From: Gemmatimonadaceae bacterium
Lineage (GTDB): Bacteria > Gemmatimonadota > Gemmatimonadetes > Gemmatimonadales > Gemmatimonadaceae
DNA: 64,000 nucleotides
Assembly (NCBI GenBank): GCA_035248725.1
Contig: DATFHG010000111.1
Span: 20,252 to 84,251, forward strand
Reading direction: 5' to 3'
The first letter of the stretch is position 1. Every line of letters starts with the position of its first letter. The position numbers and the translations under genes were made by a program. This document shows, one piece after another, positions 28,348 through 37,080 of this stretch. The notes under the pieces are model-generated. The model was not told the origin of the DNA. It made no database searches and saw only the letters and a list, made by a program, of their open reading frames with translations.

Positions 28348-29508
28348 CTAGCCTCTCCAGCGCGACCGGCGGCCGCGGGCGTCGATGTGCACGTAGGGCG
28401 TGGAGTAGAGATGGCTGTTGTAGATGCCGAGGCCACCGACCAGGTCCGGGTGGGTGCGCTCGACCTCTTCCACGGCAGCAACGATCAGCCGCTGATCGCC
28501 GCGATCGATGCGGCCGTTGCCATTGGCGTCGACGACGACGTCCGCCGCATCGCCGTATTGGTGCCGGCTGTCGCGGGCGGCGCGCAACACATGACGGTTG
28601 TGCGACGGCGTCCGGAAACCGGAGTGCACGTCGAGCTCCAGCTCCTCGGTATCCGACTGTGCGACACCGCGCATCGTCTCCAGCTCGGCGAACACCAGCT
28701 CGAGCTTGTCGAGGAGACGCGGATTCAGCGCGACGTACTTGGGCCAGACGTCTTCCTGGTCGTCGTGCGTCAAAAAATGCTTCAGCTTGAGATGCTTGCT
28801 CACCGCGAGATCGAGATACTCGGGATAGATCTCGAGAAATCCCTCGGGATGATCTTCCTCGCCGACGCCGCGCAAGCGCTCCGCGAGGTACATCCCGATC
28901 CGGTAGCCGTTCAGCATCGCGCCGAGCTTTTCGCGGAACGGGCGCATAACGGCGACGACCGGCTCCTGGAGAATCTGGCGCTCGGTGCCTCGCACCAGCG
29001 TGAGATAGTAGAAACCCGGTACTGACGGCGCCGACACTTCGGCGCCTTCGATTGGTTGCGGAGCGAACCCCGTCGGAGCATTGCGCAGCGAGGTCCACTC
29101 GTACCGCAGGGCCGCGGGATCGCCGCCGACCGCGAGCGGATATTCGATCTTCTGGCCTGGCAGCGAGAAGAGCAGTTTGACCTCCCCGCTGCGCCCGAAC
29201 GCATTTCCGGAAGCGGAGCCCAACGTAAATGGCGTCCCACCGAATCGCGCAAAAGGCGCGCGGCCGAGAGCGGCGTCCGGACGATAGAACTGGATGACGC
29301 CAATGGCCGCGCACATCGCGACGAGCACCGTCGCGACATCCGCGCGCAAAAGCGGGTGCCGCCGGATGACCGGCTTGAAGCGCCGCTTCTTCTTCACTGC
29401 GTCAACCCACGGTTTGGTCGGTCCATACGCCTGCATCCCTGATTTCGGCGTTGCCAGCATACGACGACTGACCGCGCCGACCTTTTCCAAAACAGCAGAG
29501 CCCGGCAA
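28348..29508 (-). CDS. Peptidase M15A/DUF882-like zinc D,D- or L,D-peptidase with unknown N-terminal domain
   Basis: C-terminal HSGFRTPSHNRHV...SRHQYGDAADVVVD...GGLGIYNSHLYSTPYVHIDARG (H..D..H zinc ligands of the M15 fold). N-terminal TM anchor VATVLVAMCAAIGVIQF. The middle ~200 aa are unassigned. Start is uncertain. Confidence 0.7.
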   Translation of the reverse strand: MPGSAVLEKVGAVSRRMLATPKSGMQAYGPTKPWVDAVKKKRRFKPVIRRHPLLRADVATVLVAMCAAIGVIQFYRPDAALGRAPFARFGGTPFTLGSASGNAFGRSGEVKLLFSLPGQKIEYPLAVGGDPAALRYEWTSLRNAPTGFAPQPIEGAEVSAPSVPGFYYLTLVRGTERQILQEPVVAVMRPFREKLGAMLNGYRIGMYLAERLRGVGEEDHPEGFLEIYPEYLDLAVSKHLKLKHFLTHDDQEDVWPKYVALNPRLLDKLELVFAELETMRGVAQSDTEELELDVHSGFRTPSHNRHVLRAARDSRHQYGDAADVVVDANGNGRIDRGDQRLIVAAVEEVERTHPDLVGGLGIYNSHLYSTPYVHIDARGRRSRWRG

Positions 29509-29653
29509 CAGGACCGGGCTACCATGGAGCCATACAACTTATCCGAATTGATCGGCCTGGCCAGAAGTTGATGGGCCGAGCGTCCACACGCAGGTGATCG
29601 AAAGCACCCGCACTCTGGCAGATACTGATCGTTCGATCAGACGCCCGCGTTTA

Positions 29654-30478
29654 TTAGTAGATGAACACCGGAGTCCCGATCGGGACGAGGGCGTAAAGCT
29701 TCGCGATGTCTTGGTTTGTCATCCGGACGCACCCGTGACTGACCGAATGGCCAATTGTTTCGGGTTTGTCCGTTCCGTGGATCGCGTATCCGTCGCCGAG
29801 CAATAGCCGGTAGGCGCCCAGAACGCCGGCGAATTTTCGTTGGTTCGTGCCGAACGGCGGAATCACGATGTTGCCGTCGACCACCAGCTCGTTTCCCTCG
29901 CCGGACCCGACCCTTGTGCTCTTTCCGTCCGGTCCAACGCGAACCACGTCCGAACCGTCGACACGAATGACGGCGCTGTCGGTCCGAATCGCTTGGCCGC
30001 GCTCGAGTCGGCGAACACCGTAGCCGCGTGCCTGGGCAACCTCGACATAATGCCAGTCCGGCGCGACCCACATCGGCGCGGTGTCCTTCGCGACAACCGT
30101 CAATCGGCCGCGCGGTGTCTCAAAGCGCCAGTGCAGGTCCTCGCCGGTGCCCTCAAGCACCTTCCCGCTGCCGGTACCCACCGGCGCGGAGAACAGCACC
30201 GAGTCGCCCTGCCGGTACCAGAGTTGGTGGTCCTCGATGCTCACCACGATGTAGGGTCGGTCCGCCGGCGGCTGCGGCGTCACCGCCAGCACCTGCGCCA
30301 GGCTGTCCGCCGCGACGCCGGACCGCCGGTGCGCTTCGCGCAGCGCCTCCAGATTGTCGTTGAAGACCATGCGCGTGACGTCGCGCTCATAGCGTACACT
30401 GAGCGCATTCGCGAACACACCAGCGCTCGCGAACAGCACGACGGCGGACGCGATGGCGATAGCCTTGAGGAGCGTCAT
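29654..30478 (-). CDS. L,D-transpeptidase (YkuD domain)
   Basis: Catalytic motif [23 protein letters not shown], with an N-terminal anchor [21 protein letters not shown]. The listed ORF 29654..31132 is an artefactual 5' extension running out of frame over the next gene. Confidence 0.88.
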   Translation of the reverse strand: MTLLKAIAIASAVVLFASAGVFANALSVRYERDVTRMVFNDNLEALREAHRRSGVAADSLAQVLAVTPQPPADRPYIVVSIEDHQLWYRQGDSVLFSAPVGTGSGKVLEGTGEDLHWRFETPRGRLTVVAKDTAPMWVAPDWHYVEVAQARGYGVRRLERGQAIRTDSAVIRVDGSDVVRVGPDGKSTRVGSGEGNELVVDGNIVIPPFGTNQRKFAGVLGAYRLLLGDGYAIHGTDKPETIGHSVSHGCVRMTNQDIAKLYALVPIGTPVFIY

Positions 30479-30512
30479 CGACGCGACACGGTACGACGTG
30501 AGGGCGCAGTCA

Positions 30513-31178
30513 TCAGTAGAAGTACACCCGGACGCCGGGGCCCAGACTCGGAAGGATCGCGCGAAGGTCCTGAGCGCCCGCACGCAGCGAACCGGGGAGC
30601 ACGTAACCGGAGTCGTTGAGCGGTCCAACGGACGGCATCGTGTAGATGACGGTCCCGCCGTCCAGGAGTATCGCGGCCGAACCCAGCGCACCGACCAGCG
30701 GCGCGCGATCGGGTGGGCCGATGCCACGGTCGGCGTAGACCCACGCCGGCGGTTGCCATGCCGTGGTGTCGGAGAGCAGGCCGATGATGCTGCGCACACC
30801 GCGCGGAGGCGCAAGATGCACGGTGTCCGGCGCGGTTCCCACACGACGCTCGGGTCCGACCTCGACGCGCATGCGTCGCAGCTCGACGCCGTCGCGCTCG
30901 AGATACATGGTGCCGCTGTCGACGGACACCGAGAGGTGGAGGTCGCGCTCGAGGCGGGCCTGGCGGCGAAGGAGCTCAATCGCAGTCCGCAGTCGATTGT
31001 TCTCGGCGGCGACCACCTGATCGACACGGCGGCGCTCGATGCGCGACATCGACGCGCGCAACCGGTCGATCTCGCGCACGTAGCGCTGACGTCGCGACCA
31101 CACCGCGACGTCGGCGGCGACGAGCAGCACACTCGCCACGATCAGGATCCAGAGCAGCGCACGCTTCATGGGCCTCAA
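30513..31178 (-). CDS. L,D-transpeptidase-like paralogue lacking the catalytic His/Cys
   Basis: Aligns by eye with the downstream YkuD protein. [56 protein letters not shown] matches [54 protein letters not shown]. It has an N-terminal TM anchor plus an Arg-rich coiled-coil-like segment. Confidence 0.7.
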   Translation of the reverse strand: MRPMKRALLWILIVASVLLVAADVAVWSRRQRYVREIDRLRASMSRIERRRVDQVVAAENNRLRTAIELLRRQARLERDLHLSVSVDSGTMYLERDGVELRRMRVEVGPERRVGTAPDTVHLAPPRGVRSIIGLLSDTTAWQPPAWVYADRGIGPPDRAPLVGALGSAAILLDGGTVIYTMPSVGPLNDSGYVLPGSLRAGAQDLRAILPSLGPGVRVYFY

Positions 31179-31221
31179 TTATCGCTTGGTGAGCGTCATT
31201 CGTCCGGATACATTTTCTGCC

Positions 31222-32778
31222 ATGCCGCTTCGCGATCCCGTCGTGCTCGTCGTGCTCGACGGTTGGGGATATCGCGAGGAGCGCGAAGGAAACGCGATCG
31301 CCATGGCGAACACGCCAACCTGGGATCGCCTATGGTCTCGCGCTCCTCGTACCCTGTTGGAGGCCTCGGGTCTCGCCGTTGGTTTGCCCGAGGGACAAAT
31401 GGGCAACAGCGAGGTCGGGCACCTCAATCTGGGAGCCGGGCGCGTGGTGATGCAGGACCTCGTGCGCATCAACCAGTCGATCGCCGACGGAGACTTCTTT
31501 CAGAACGCGTCACTCACCAGTGCATGTGACGCGGTCGCGAAGCGCGGCGGCACGCTGCACCTGATGGGGCTCATCGGTACGGGGGGCGTACACGCGCTCG
31601 ATCGCCATCTCTTTGCGCTCATCGAGCTGGCCGCACGGAGGAGGATCTCTCGGGTCGCCATCCACGCGCTGCTCGACGGTCGCGACACGATGCCGAGGTC
31701 GGCGTACGGCTACATGCAGGACGTCCTCGCGAAAGCGAAGGGCCGGGCCCGCGTGGCATCGGTTGGCGGCCGCTATTTCGGGATGGACCGCGACAAGCGC
31801 TGGGATCGCACGAAGAAATGGTACGACGCGGCGGTGTTGGGCGTCGGTCCGCAGGCCACGGATCCGCTGGAACTGATCAAGAGCTCGTACGAGGCCGGTG
31901 TCACCGACGAGTTCATCGAGCCTCGCGTGATCGTGGAGAACGGCGCCGCCGTCGCGCCGATGCGCGATGGAGACGCGCTGATCTGCTTCAACTTTCGGGC
32001 GGACCGGATGCGGCAGATCGTGCGCGCCCTCACCGTCGACGGTTTTGATGGCTTCGAGGTGAGCGACCGCCCGACGCTGGCCACTGTGGTGACGATGACC
32101 ACGTACGACCGCACGTTCGACGTCCCCGTGGCCTTTCCGCCGCAGTCGATGGCGAACATCGTGGGCGAAGTGGTCTCCCACGCGGGCATGACGATGTTTC
32201 GCACCGCGGAAACGGAGAAGTACGCGCACGTGACCTACTTCTTCAACGGCGGCGTCGAGACACCCTTTCCCGGTGAGGACCGCTTGCTCGTGCCCAGCCA
32301 GAAGGTCGCGACGTACGACCTGGCGCCCGAGATGAGCGCCGCGGGCGTCACCGACGTCCTGTGCAACGCGATCGAACAGCGCGAGCACGATTTCATCCTC
32401 TGCAACTACGCGAACGGTGACATGGTCGGACACACCGGCTCCATCCCCGCCACGATCGAAGCGGTCGAGATGGTGGACCGGTGCCTGGCGCGGGTCATTG
32501 CGTCCGCGGAGAAAACGCGTGCCCGTCTCCTGATCACCGCCGACCACGGCAACTGTGAGATGATGATCGACCCCGAAACCGGCGGCCCACACACCGCGCA
32601 TACGACGAGCCCCGTCCCCCTCGTCCTCATCGATCCCGCAGGCGATCGCCCGCTGCGTGGTGGCGGCGCCCTCTGCGACGTCGGGCCCACCATCGTACGG
32701 CTGCTCGGACTTGATCTGCCGCAGGAGATGACCGGCATCGATCTGCGCGAGCTGCAGCTCGCGGGAGTGCGCGCGTGA
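31222..32778 (+). CDS. gpmI: 2,3-bisphosphoglycerate-independent phosphoglycerate mutase
   Basis: MPLRDPVVLVVLDGWGY...NSEVGHLNLGAGR...ANGDMVGHTG...ITADHGNCE. Start ATG 31222 inside ORF 31168..32778. Confidence 0.96.
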   Translation: MPLRDPVVLVVLDGWGYREEREGNAIAMANTPTWDRLWSRAPRTLLEASGLAVGLPEGQMGNSEVGHLNLGAGRVVMQDLVRINQSIADGDFFQNASLTSACDAVAKRGGTLHLMGLIGTGGVHALDRHLFALIELAARRRISRVAIHALLDGRDTMPRSAYGYMQDVLAKAKGRARVASVGGRYFGMDRDKRWDRTKKWYDAAVLGVGPQATDPLELIKSSYEAGVTDEFIEPRVIVENGAAVAPMRDGDALICFNFRADRMRQIVRALTVDGFDGFEVSDRPTLATVVTMTTYDRTFDVPVAFPPQSMANIVGEVVSHAGMTMFRTAETEKYAHVTYFFNGGVETPFPGEDRLLVPSQKVATYDLAPEMSAAGVTDVLCNAIEQREHDFILCNYANGDMVGHTGSIPATIEAVEMVDRCLARVIASAEKTRARLLITADHGNCEMMIDPETGGPHTAHTTSPVPLVLIDPAGDRPLRGGGALCDVGPTIVRLLGLDLPQEMTGIDLRELQLAGVRA

Positions 32779-33494
32779 TGCCACGAATGCTGCGTCTCGC
32801 CGTCATCCTCGTCGCAATGGCCACGCCGGCCATCGCGCAGGTTGGGTACGATCCGCACAACAGCCCGTACCGGGACCTCCGCGAGACACAGGAGCTCACC
32901 GCATTCACCGGCTTCTATAACGCGAAGAAGGATCCGGCGGGGGTGGCGCCGCAGAGTGGGCCGCTGTTCGGATTCCTGTATCAATGGCGGCCCGGTGGGC
33001 CGGCCAACCTCAACGCGTCGATCACACGGCTCGCGTCGCAACGCCGCATCCTCGATCCCGACGTATCCGCCAACTGCCCGACGGCCGCCACGGAGGATTG
33101 CAAGCTGATCGGCACGTTTCGCTGGCCGGTGTACTTCCTCGACGCCGGTCTGGCGATCGCGCTCACGGGGGCGCGCAGCTTCTACAGCTTCGTGCCCGAG
33201 GTGAAGCTCGGCGCCGGCGCGGTCACCGATTTTCACACGAAGGCGGACGTCGGTGAGTTCACATTCGGCACCCGCTTTGCATTCAACTGGGGCGCTGGAA
33301 TTCGGTGGATCGCGAGCGGTCCGTTGCAGTTGCGAGCCGACTTCACGAACCACCTGTACTCCATCAAGTATCCCGGTACGTACTACCTGCCGGCCGCGGA
33401 CAACTCCGTGATTTTCACGAAGAAGCAGTCGCAGACGGCGTGGTTGAACAACCCGGGATTCACGATCGGCTTCTCGTACCTGTTCTCCAGGTAG
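32775..33494 (+). CDS. Small outer-membrane beta-barrel protein
   Basis: Signal peptide MMPRMLRLAVILVAMATPAIAQ and alternating-hydrophobic strands (FAFNWGAGIRWIASGPLQLRADFTNHLY...GFTIGFSYLFSR). The start overlaps the gpmI stop. Confidence 0.65.
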   Translation: MMPRMLRLAVILVAMATPAIAQVGYDPHNSPYRDLRETQELTAFTGFYNAKKDPAGVAPQSGPLFGFLYQWRPGGPANLNASITRLASQRRILDPDVSANCPTAATEDCKLIGTFRWPVYFLDAGLAIALTGARSFYSFVPEVKLGAGAVTDFHTKADVGEFTFGTRFAFNWGAGIRWIASGPLQLRADFTNHLYSIKYPGTYYLPAADNSVIFTKKQSQTAWLNNPGFTIGFSYLFSR

Positions 33495-33562
33495 CTCGCG
33501 CGGAGCTCGCCGCGGGCGCCTCGAACGCCCGACGCGAGCTGAGTCATGCCGGAGGAAACCAC

Positions 33563-34075
33563 ATGGCGCGCGACTTCGAGAACATCCACGACGTGGGCGA
33601 CCTGAGCGACCGCGAGCTGCGCGATCTCGTGCGCTCCCACCTCGCTGCTCACAACGGCCTCGACCCCGACTACATCACCGTACGCGTCGATGACGGCACC
33701 GTCGTCCTCGAGGGACGCGTCGGTACCGATTACGAACGGCGCGTCGCGGAACACGTGCTCACGGACACGCTGGGCCTGCAGTCCGTGCGCAACGATCTCG
33801 TCGTCCAGTCCATCCACCGCGCGATCAGCCCGATGGACATCGAGGACCACCTCAACGACGAAGAGCGCGTCGAAGGTCTGCTGCTCGGTGATCGGCCCGT
33901 CCCGCTGAACCCGGAGACGGAAAACGAAACCGAAGATATCGACGCTCGCCTCTGGGGAACGAGCGACGTCGGCAAAGCCATAGCCGACGGCACCACGTGG
34001 ATTCCGCCGGAGAGTCCGACACAGGAAGGACTTGAAGGGACTGCGGGTGGATCATCGCCCGGCGAGGATCACTAG
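33563..34075 (+). CDS. BON-domain protein with acidic C-terminal tail
   Basis: GGAGGA lies 6 nt upstream of ATG 33563. BON core ITVRVDDGTVVLEGRVGTDYERRVAEHVLTDTLGLQSVRNDLVV. Confidence 0.75.
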   Translation: MARDFENIHDVGDLSDRELRDLVRSHLAAHNGLDPDYITVRVDDGTVVLEGRVGTDYERRVAEHVLTDTLGLQSVRNDLVVQSIHRAISPMDIEDHLNDEERVEGLLLGDRPVPLNPETENETEDIDARLWGTSDVGKAIADGTTWIPPESPTQEGLEGTAGGSSPGEDH

Positions 34076-34128
34076 TCTCGCAATTTGCACGACGAGGTCG
34101 CTCGTGACCTCGGCGCCGCTGGTTCTTC

Positions 34129-34944
34129 TTGGGTGTGGAAAACGCACCCCGAGAACACATCTGTGCGCTGGGCGAACGCGAAGTGACCACAACCAAAGCT
34201 GTCACGCGCGAAAGCGCGCCGACCGTCTATGCGGATGAGCTCAGCCCGCTCGTGCGATTGCACGACGAGCTCGGGCGTTTTCGCCTGACGCCGGCGCGCA
34301 CGCGCCGAGCCAGGGCCAACGTCGCCGAAGGCCGCATCGCGTTCGATCCGAACGACGTGCTGCGTTCCGCCGACGACCTCGATGCGTGTCTGTCGCGAAC
34401 CGCAGAGGCGTTCGAGATGTGCGGCATGGCGTCTCCGCGCGAATTGACATCCTTCCGGAAGGGTTACGCCATGGCGCAGCCGCTCCTCAAGGCCTGGCTC
34501 GCGGGCGAGCGCGGATCGAGCGACGAGGGCCGACGCCTCGGCCTCCGCGCGGCGGCCCTGGTCGGAAACGCGATTCTGCGCAGTGCGGCGAGCCAGGCCA
34601 GCAAGGGAATGGCGTTCGACGAGTGGAAGCAGACCACGTGTCCCTGCTGCGGCGGTTCGCCGGATCTGGCCGTCCGCGAGAAGGACGTACGCTGGCTGGT
34701 CTGCGCGCGGTGCGACACCCGGTGGCATGCACCGACGTCGGGTTGCCTTGGGTGCGAGGCGAGCAGAGCGCCGACCTTCGTGAGAGTGGACGCATTGGAC
34801 CTCGGCTACGAGCTGCTCGTGTGCCACGCGTGCGCCCGGTACATCAAGGAGCGTCGCGGCGAGGGGATGCAATTGGCCATCGTCGAGCGAGCGCTCACCG
34901 TCGAGCTCGATGCGGCCGCGGAGCGCCGAGGATTGCGCATCTGA
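34129..34944 (+). CDS. fdhE: FdhE-like protein (formate dehydrogenase accessory, four CxxC pairs)
   Basis: CPCCGGSPDLAV...LVCARCDTRWHAPTSGCLGCEAS...LVCHACARYIKE reproduces the FdhE rubredoxin-like cysteine pattern. Start uncertain (TTG 34129 / GTG 34135 or later). Confidence 0.7.
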   Translation: MGVENAPREHICALGEREVTTTKAVTRESAPTVYADELSPLVRLHDELGRFRLTPARTRRARANVAEGRIAFDPNDVLRSADDLDACLSRTAEAFEMCGMASPRELTSFRKGYAMAQPLLKAWLAGERGSSDEGRRLGLRAAALVGNAILRSAASQASKGMAFDEWKQTTCPCCGGSPDLAVREKDVRWLVCARCDTRWHAPTSGCLGCEASRAPTFVRVDALDLGYELLVCHACARYIKERRGEGMQLAIVERALTVELDAAAERRGLRI

Positions 34945-34958
34945 CCACGCACTCTCCG

Positions 34959-35558
34959 GTGGGCGTCGTGCTCGCCGGAGGACGCAGTCGCCGATTTAGC
35001 GGCATGCCGAAGGGCCTGAGCGTCGTCGCAGGCAGTCGCATCGTCGATCGCGTGACGCGTGCCCTCCGTGCGGTGACGACCGACATCGTACTCGCGGCGA
35101 ACGACGCGGACGCCAGCACATGGACGCCGGGTATCCGCGTGCTCCGCGACATACATGAAAGCGCGGGCGGACTCGCAGGCATCGAGGCGGCGCTGTCACT
35201 GGGTCGCAACGCAATCGTGGTCGCGTGGGATATGCCCTTTGTCACCGCGGATCTTCTCCAGGTGATCGCCGAAGCCGCGGCCCGTGAGAGCGCCGACGCC
35301 GTGGTGCCGCGAAGTATGGGCCCGATCGGTTTCGAACCCTTCTGCGCGTTCTACGCAGTTTCGGCGGCGCCGCAGCTCTCGGCGTTTCTCGAGCGGGGTG
35401 GACGTGCGGCTCATGAATTCATCGGCCAGCTCCAGCAGCCGCGGTTCGTCGAGGATGAAACGATCCTGAGACTCGGTGATCCCGCCCGGTTCTTCTTCAG
35501 TGTGAACACACCAGCGGACCTCGAGCGCGCCAACGCGATGGCGGACATGACGCGCTAG
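34959..35558 (+). CDS. mobA: Molybdenum cofactor guanylyltransferase
   Basis: (GTG 34959) GVVLAGGRSRRFSGMPKGL...GGLAGIEAAL...VVAWDMPFV. ORF 34386..35558 is a 5' shadow extension over fdhE. Confidence 0.85.
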   Translation: MGVVLAGGRSRRFSGMPKGLSVVAGSRIVDRVTRALRAVTTDIVLAANDADASTWTPGIRVLRDIHESAGGLAGIEAALSLGRNAIVVAWDMPFVTADLLQVIAEAAARESADAVVPRSMGPIGFEPFCAFYAVSAAPQLSAFLERGGRAAHEFIGQLQQPRFVEDETILRLGDPARFFFSVNTPADLERANAMADMTR

Positions 35559-35565
35559 CTTTTTC

Positions 35566-37080
35566 ATGTCGCGTCACATTCCGCCGATGAGAATCGTCCG
35601 GTCGAGCGTCCTTGCTGTCTTCGTGTGCGTGGCGTGCACTCGCGCGTCCACGGCTCCCTCGCCCGTGCGCCTCGAGCGCGCGCCGCTGCAGCGCACCATC
35701 GACTCGTTGCTTTCGCTCCCCGAGACGCGACAGGCGCGCTGGGGCGTGCTGGTCGTCGATCCGGAAGCGGGCGACACGATCTATTCGCGCGATGCGGGCA
35801 AGCTGTTCGTGCCGGCGTCGAACATGAAGATCATCACGTCCGCGGTCGCCCTGGCTGTGCTGGGCTCCGATTTCCGGTACGCCACGCCAATTCTCGGGAG
35901 CGGTCCCGTTCGAACCGGCGTGCTCGATGGCGACCTGCTGGTGGTCGGGCGCGGCGATCCGACGGTCAGCGACAACGCGGCGGGCGATGCGATGCTGCCG
36001 CTGCGCGTGCTCGCCGATTCCCTGTGGGCGCATGGGTTGCGCCGCGTGCGTGGCAGAGTGCTCGCCTCCGGCAACGCGTTTCCGGACGCGAATGCCGGCG
36101 CCGGCTGGTCGTGGGACGATCTGGACGAATCGTATGGCGCGCTCACTGACGAATTGCTGTTCAACGAAGGATTTTCCGTCGTGCAGGTTACGGGTGCGGC
36201 GCAGGCCGGTGCGCCGCCGAGCGTTCGGACGCGTCCTGCCGCGACGTTTCCGCGGGTTCGCGTCGAAGCGCGCACGGTTGAGCGACGTGGAGCAGACACC
36301 GTCGCACACCTGACGCTCGTCAAGGACACCGTGCGCGGCGACGTCGTCGTCGGTGGGACGGTGCCGGTTGGCGACAGCGCAAGCCTGGAAGTGACGCACG
36401 CCGACCCCGACGCGGCGTTCATCGCCGCGCTCCGCGAAGCGCTCGCGTATCGGGGCGTCGTCGTGAACGACAGTGCGGTCACCGCGGGCACGACGACCGA
36501 CACGCTCGCGACCTTGCGATCGCCGCCGCTCTCCGCGATCCTGCGCGATTTTCTCAAGCCATCGCAGAACCAGATCGGCGAGATGCTGTTCAAGACGATC
36601 GCGCTGCAGCGCGGCGACACCGGCTCGGAGCGGATCGCGCGCCGCGTGATCACGGACCAGCTGCGCCTCTGGGGGGTGCGAGACGATGGCGTCGTCGTCG
36701 CCGATGGCAGCGGCTTGTCGCGCATGGACCTCGTATCACCGGAAACCATCGTGCGCGTGCTCGACGCCATGCGACGCGCGCCCACGTTCGGTGTTTACCG
36801 TGACGCGTTGCCTCTCGCCGGTTTCGACGGCACCCTCGCCTCGCGCATGCGCGGGACCCGCGCGGACGCCAACGTTCGCGGCAAGACCGGCACGCTCACC
36901 GGCGTGCGCTCGCTGTCGGGATACATCACTACCCTCGATGGCCGCTTGCTGATCTTCAGCATGTTGTGCAACAACTACACGGTGCCAACGGCTTTTATCA
37001 CGCGCGTGCAGGACGCGATAGCCGCGCGGCTCGCGAGCCTGCGCCTGCAGGCGCCGCCGGGAGCGGGAGGCCGCGACTGA
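35566..37080 (+). CDS. dacB: D-alanyl-D-alanine carboxypeptidase/endopeptidase (PBP4, peptidase S13)
   Basis: SxxK motif PASNMKIITSAVAL, a GSGLSR block in the position expected for the SxN motif, and KTG motif GKTGTLTGVRSLSGY. Signal-like N-terminus. Confidence 0.88.
   Translation: MSRHIPPMRIVRSSVLAVFVCVACTRASTAPSPVRLERAPLQRTIDSLLSLPETRQARWGVLVVDPEAGDTIYSRDAGKLFVPASNMKIITSAVALAVLGSDFRYATPILGSGPVRTGVLDGDLLVVGRGDPTVSDNAAGDAMLPLRVLADSLWAHGLRRVRGRVLASGNAFPDANAGAGWSWDDLDESYGALTDELLFNEGFSVVQVTGAAQAGAPPSVRTRPAATFPRVRVEARTVERRGADTVAHLTLVKDTVRGDVVVGGTVPVGDSASLEVTHADPDAAFIAALREALAYRGVVVNDSAVTAGTTTDTLATLRSPPLSAILRDFLKPSQNQIGEMLFKTIALQRGDTGSERIARRVITDQLRLWGVRDDGVVVADGSGLSRMDLVSPETIVRVLDAMRRAPTFGVYRDALPLAGFDGTLASRMRGTRADANVRGKTGTLTGVRSLSGYITTLDGRLLIFSMLCNNYTVPTAFITRVQDAIAARLASLRLQAPPGAGGRD

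Noticed and set aside
29618-29640. GTTCGATC-containing palindrome (CTGATCGTTCGATCAG) that superficially resembles a tRNA T-arm, in the 145-nt gap 29509-29653.
   Set aside because: The flanks show no acceptor, D or anticodon stems, and the palindrome leaves a loop too small for a T-loop. It is probably just a short hairpin.
29654-31132. 492-aa ORF suggesting a much larger L,D-transpeptidase.
   Set aside because: The upstream 218 residues are Arg/Ser/Cys-rich noise overlapping, out of frame, the well-formed paralogue at 30513..31178. [11 protein letters not shown]... at ATG 30478 provides a proper membrane anchor.
33495-33545. Imperfect GC-rich hairpin (CTCGCG...GGGCG-cctcgaa-CGCCC...CGCGAG) after the outer-membrane protein gene, considered as a terminator.
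   Set aside because: The stem has mismatches and no T-tract, and it lies close to the strong GGAGGA RBS of the next co-directional gene. The evidence is too weak to annotate.
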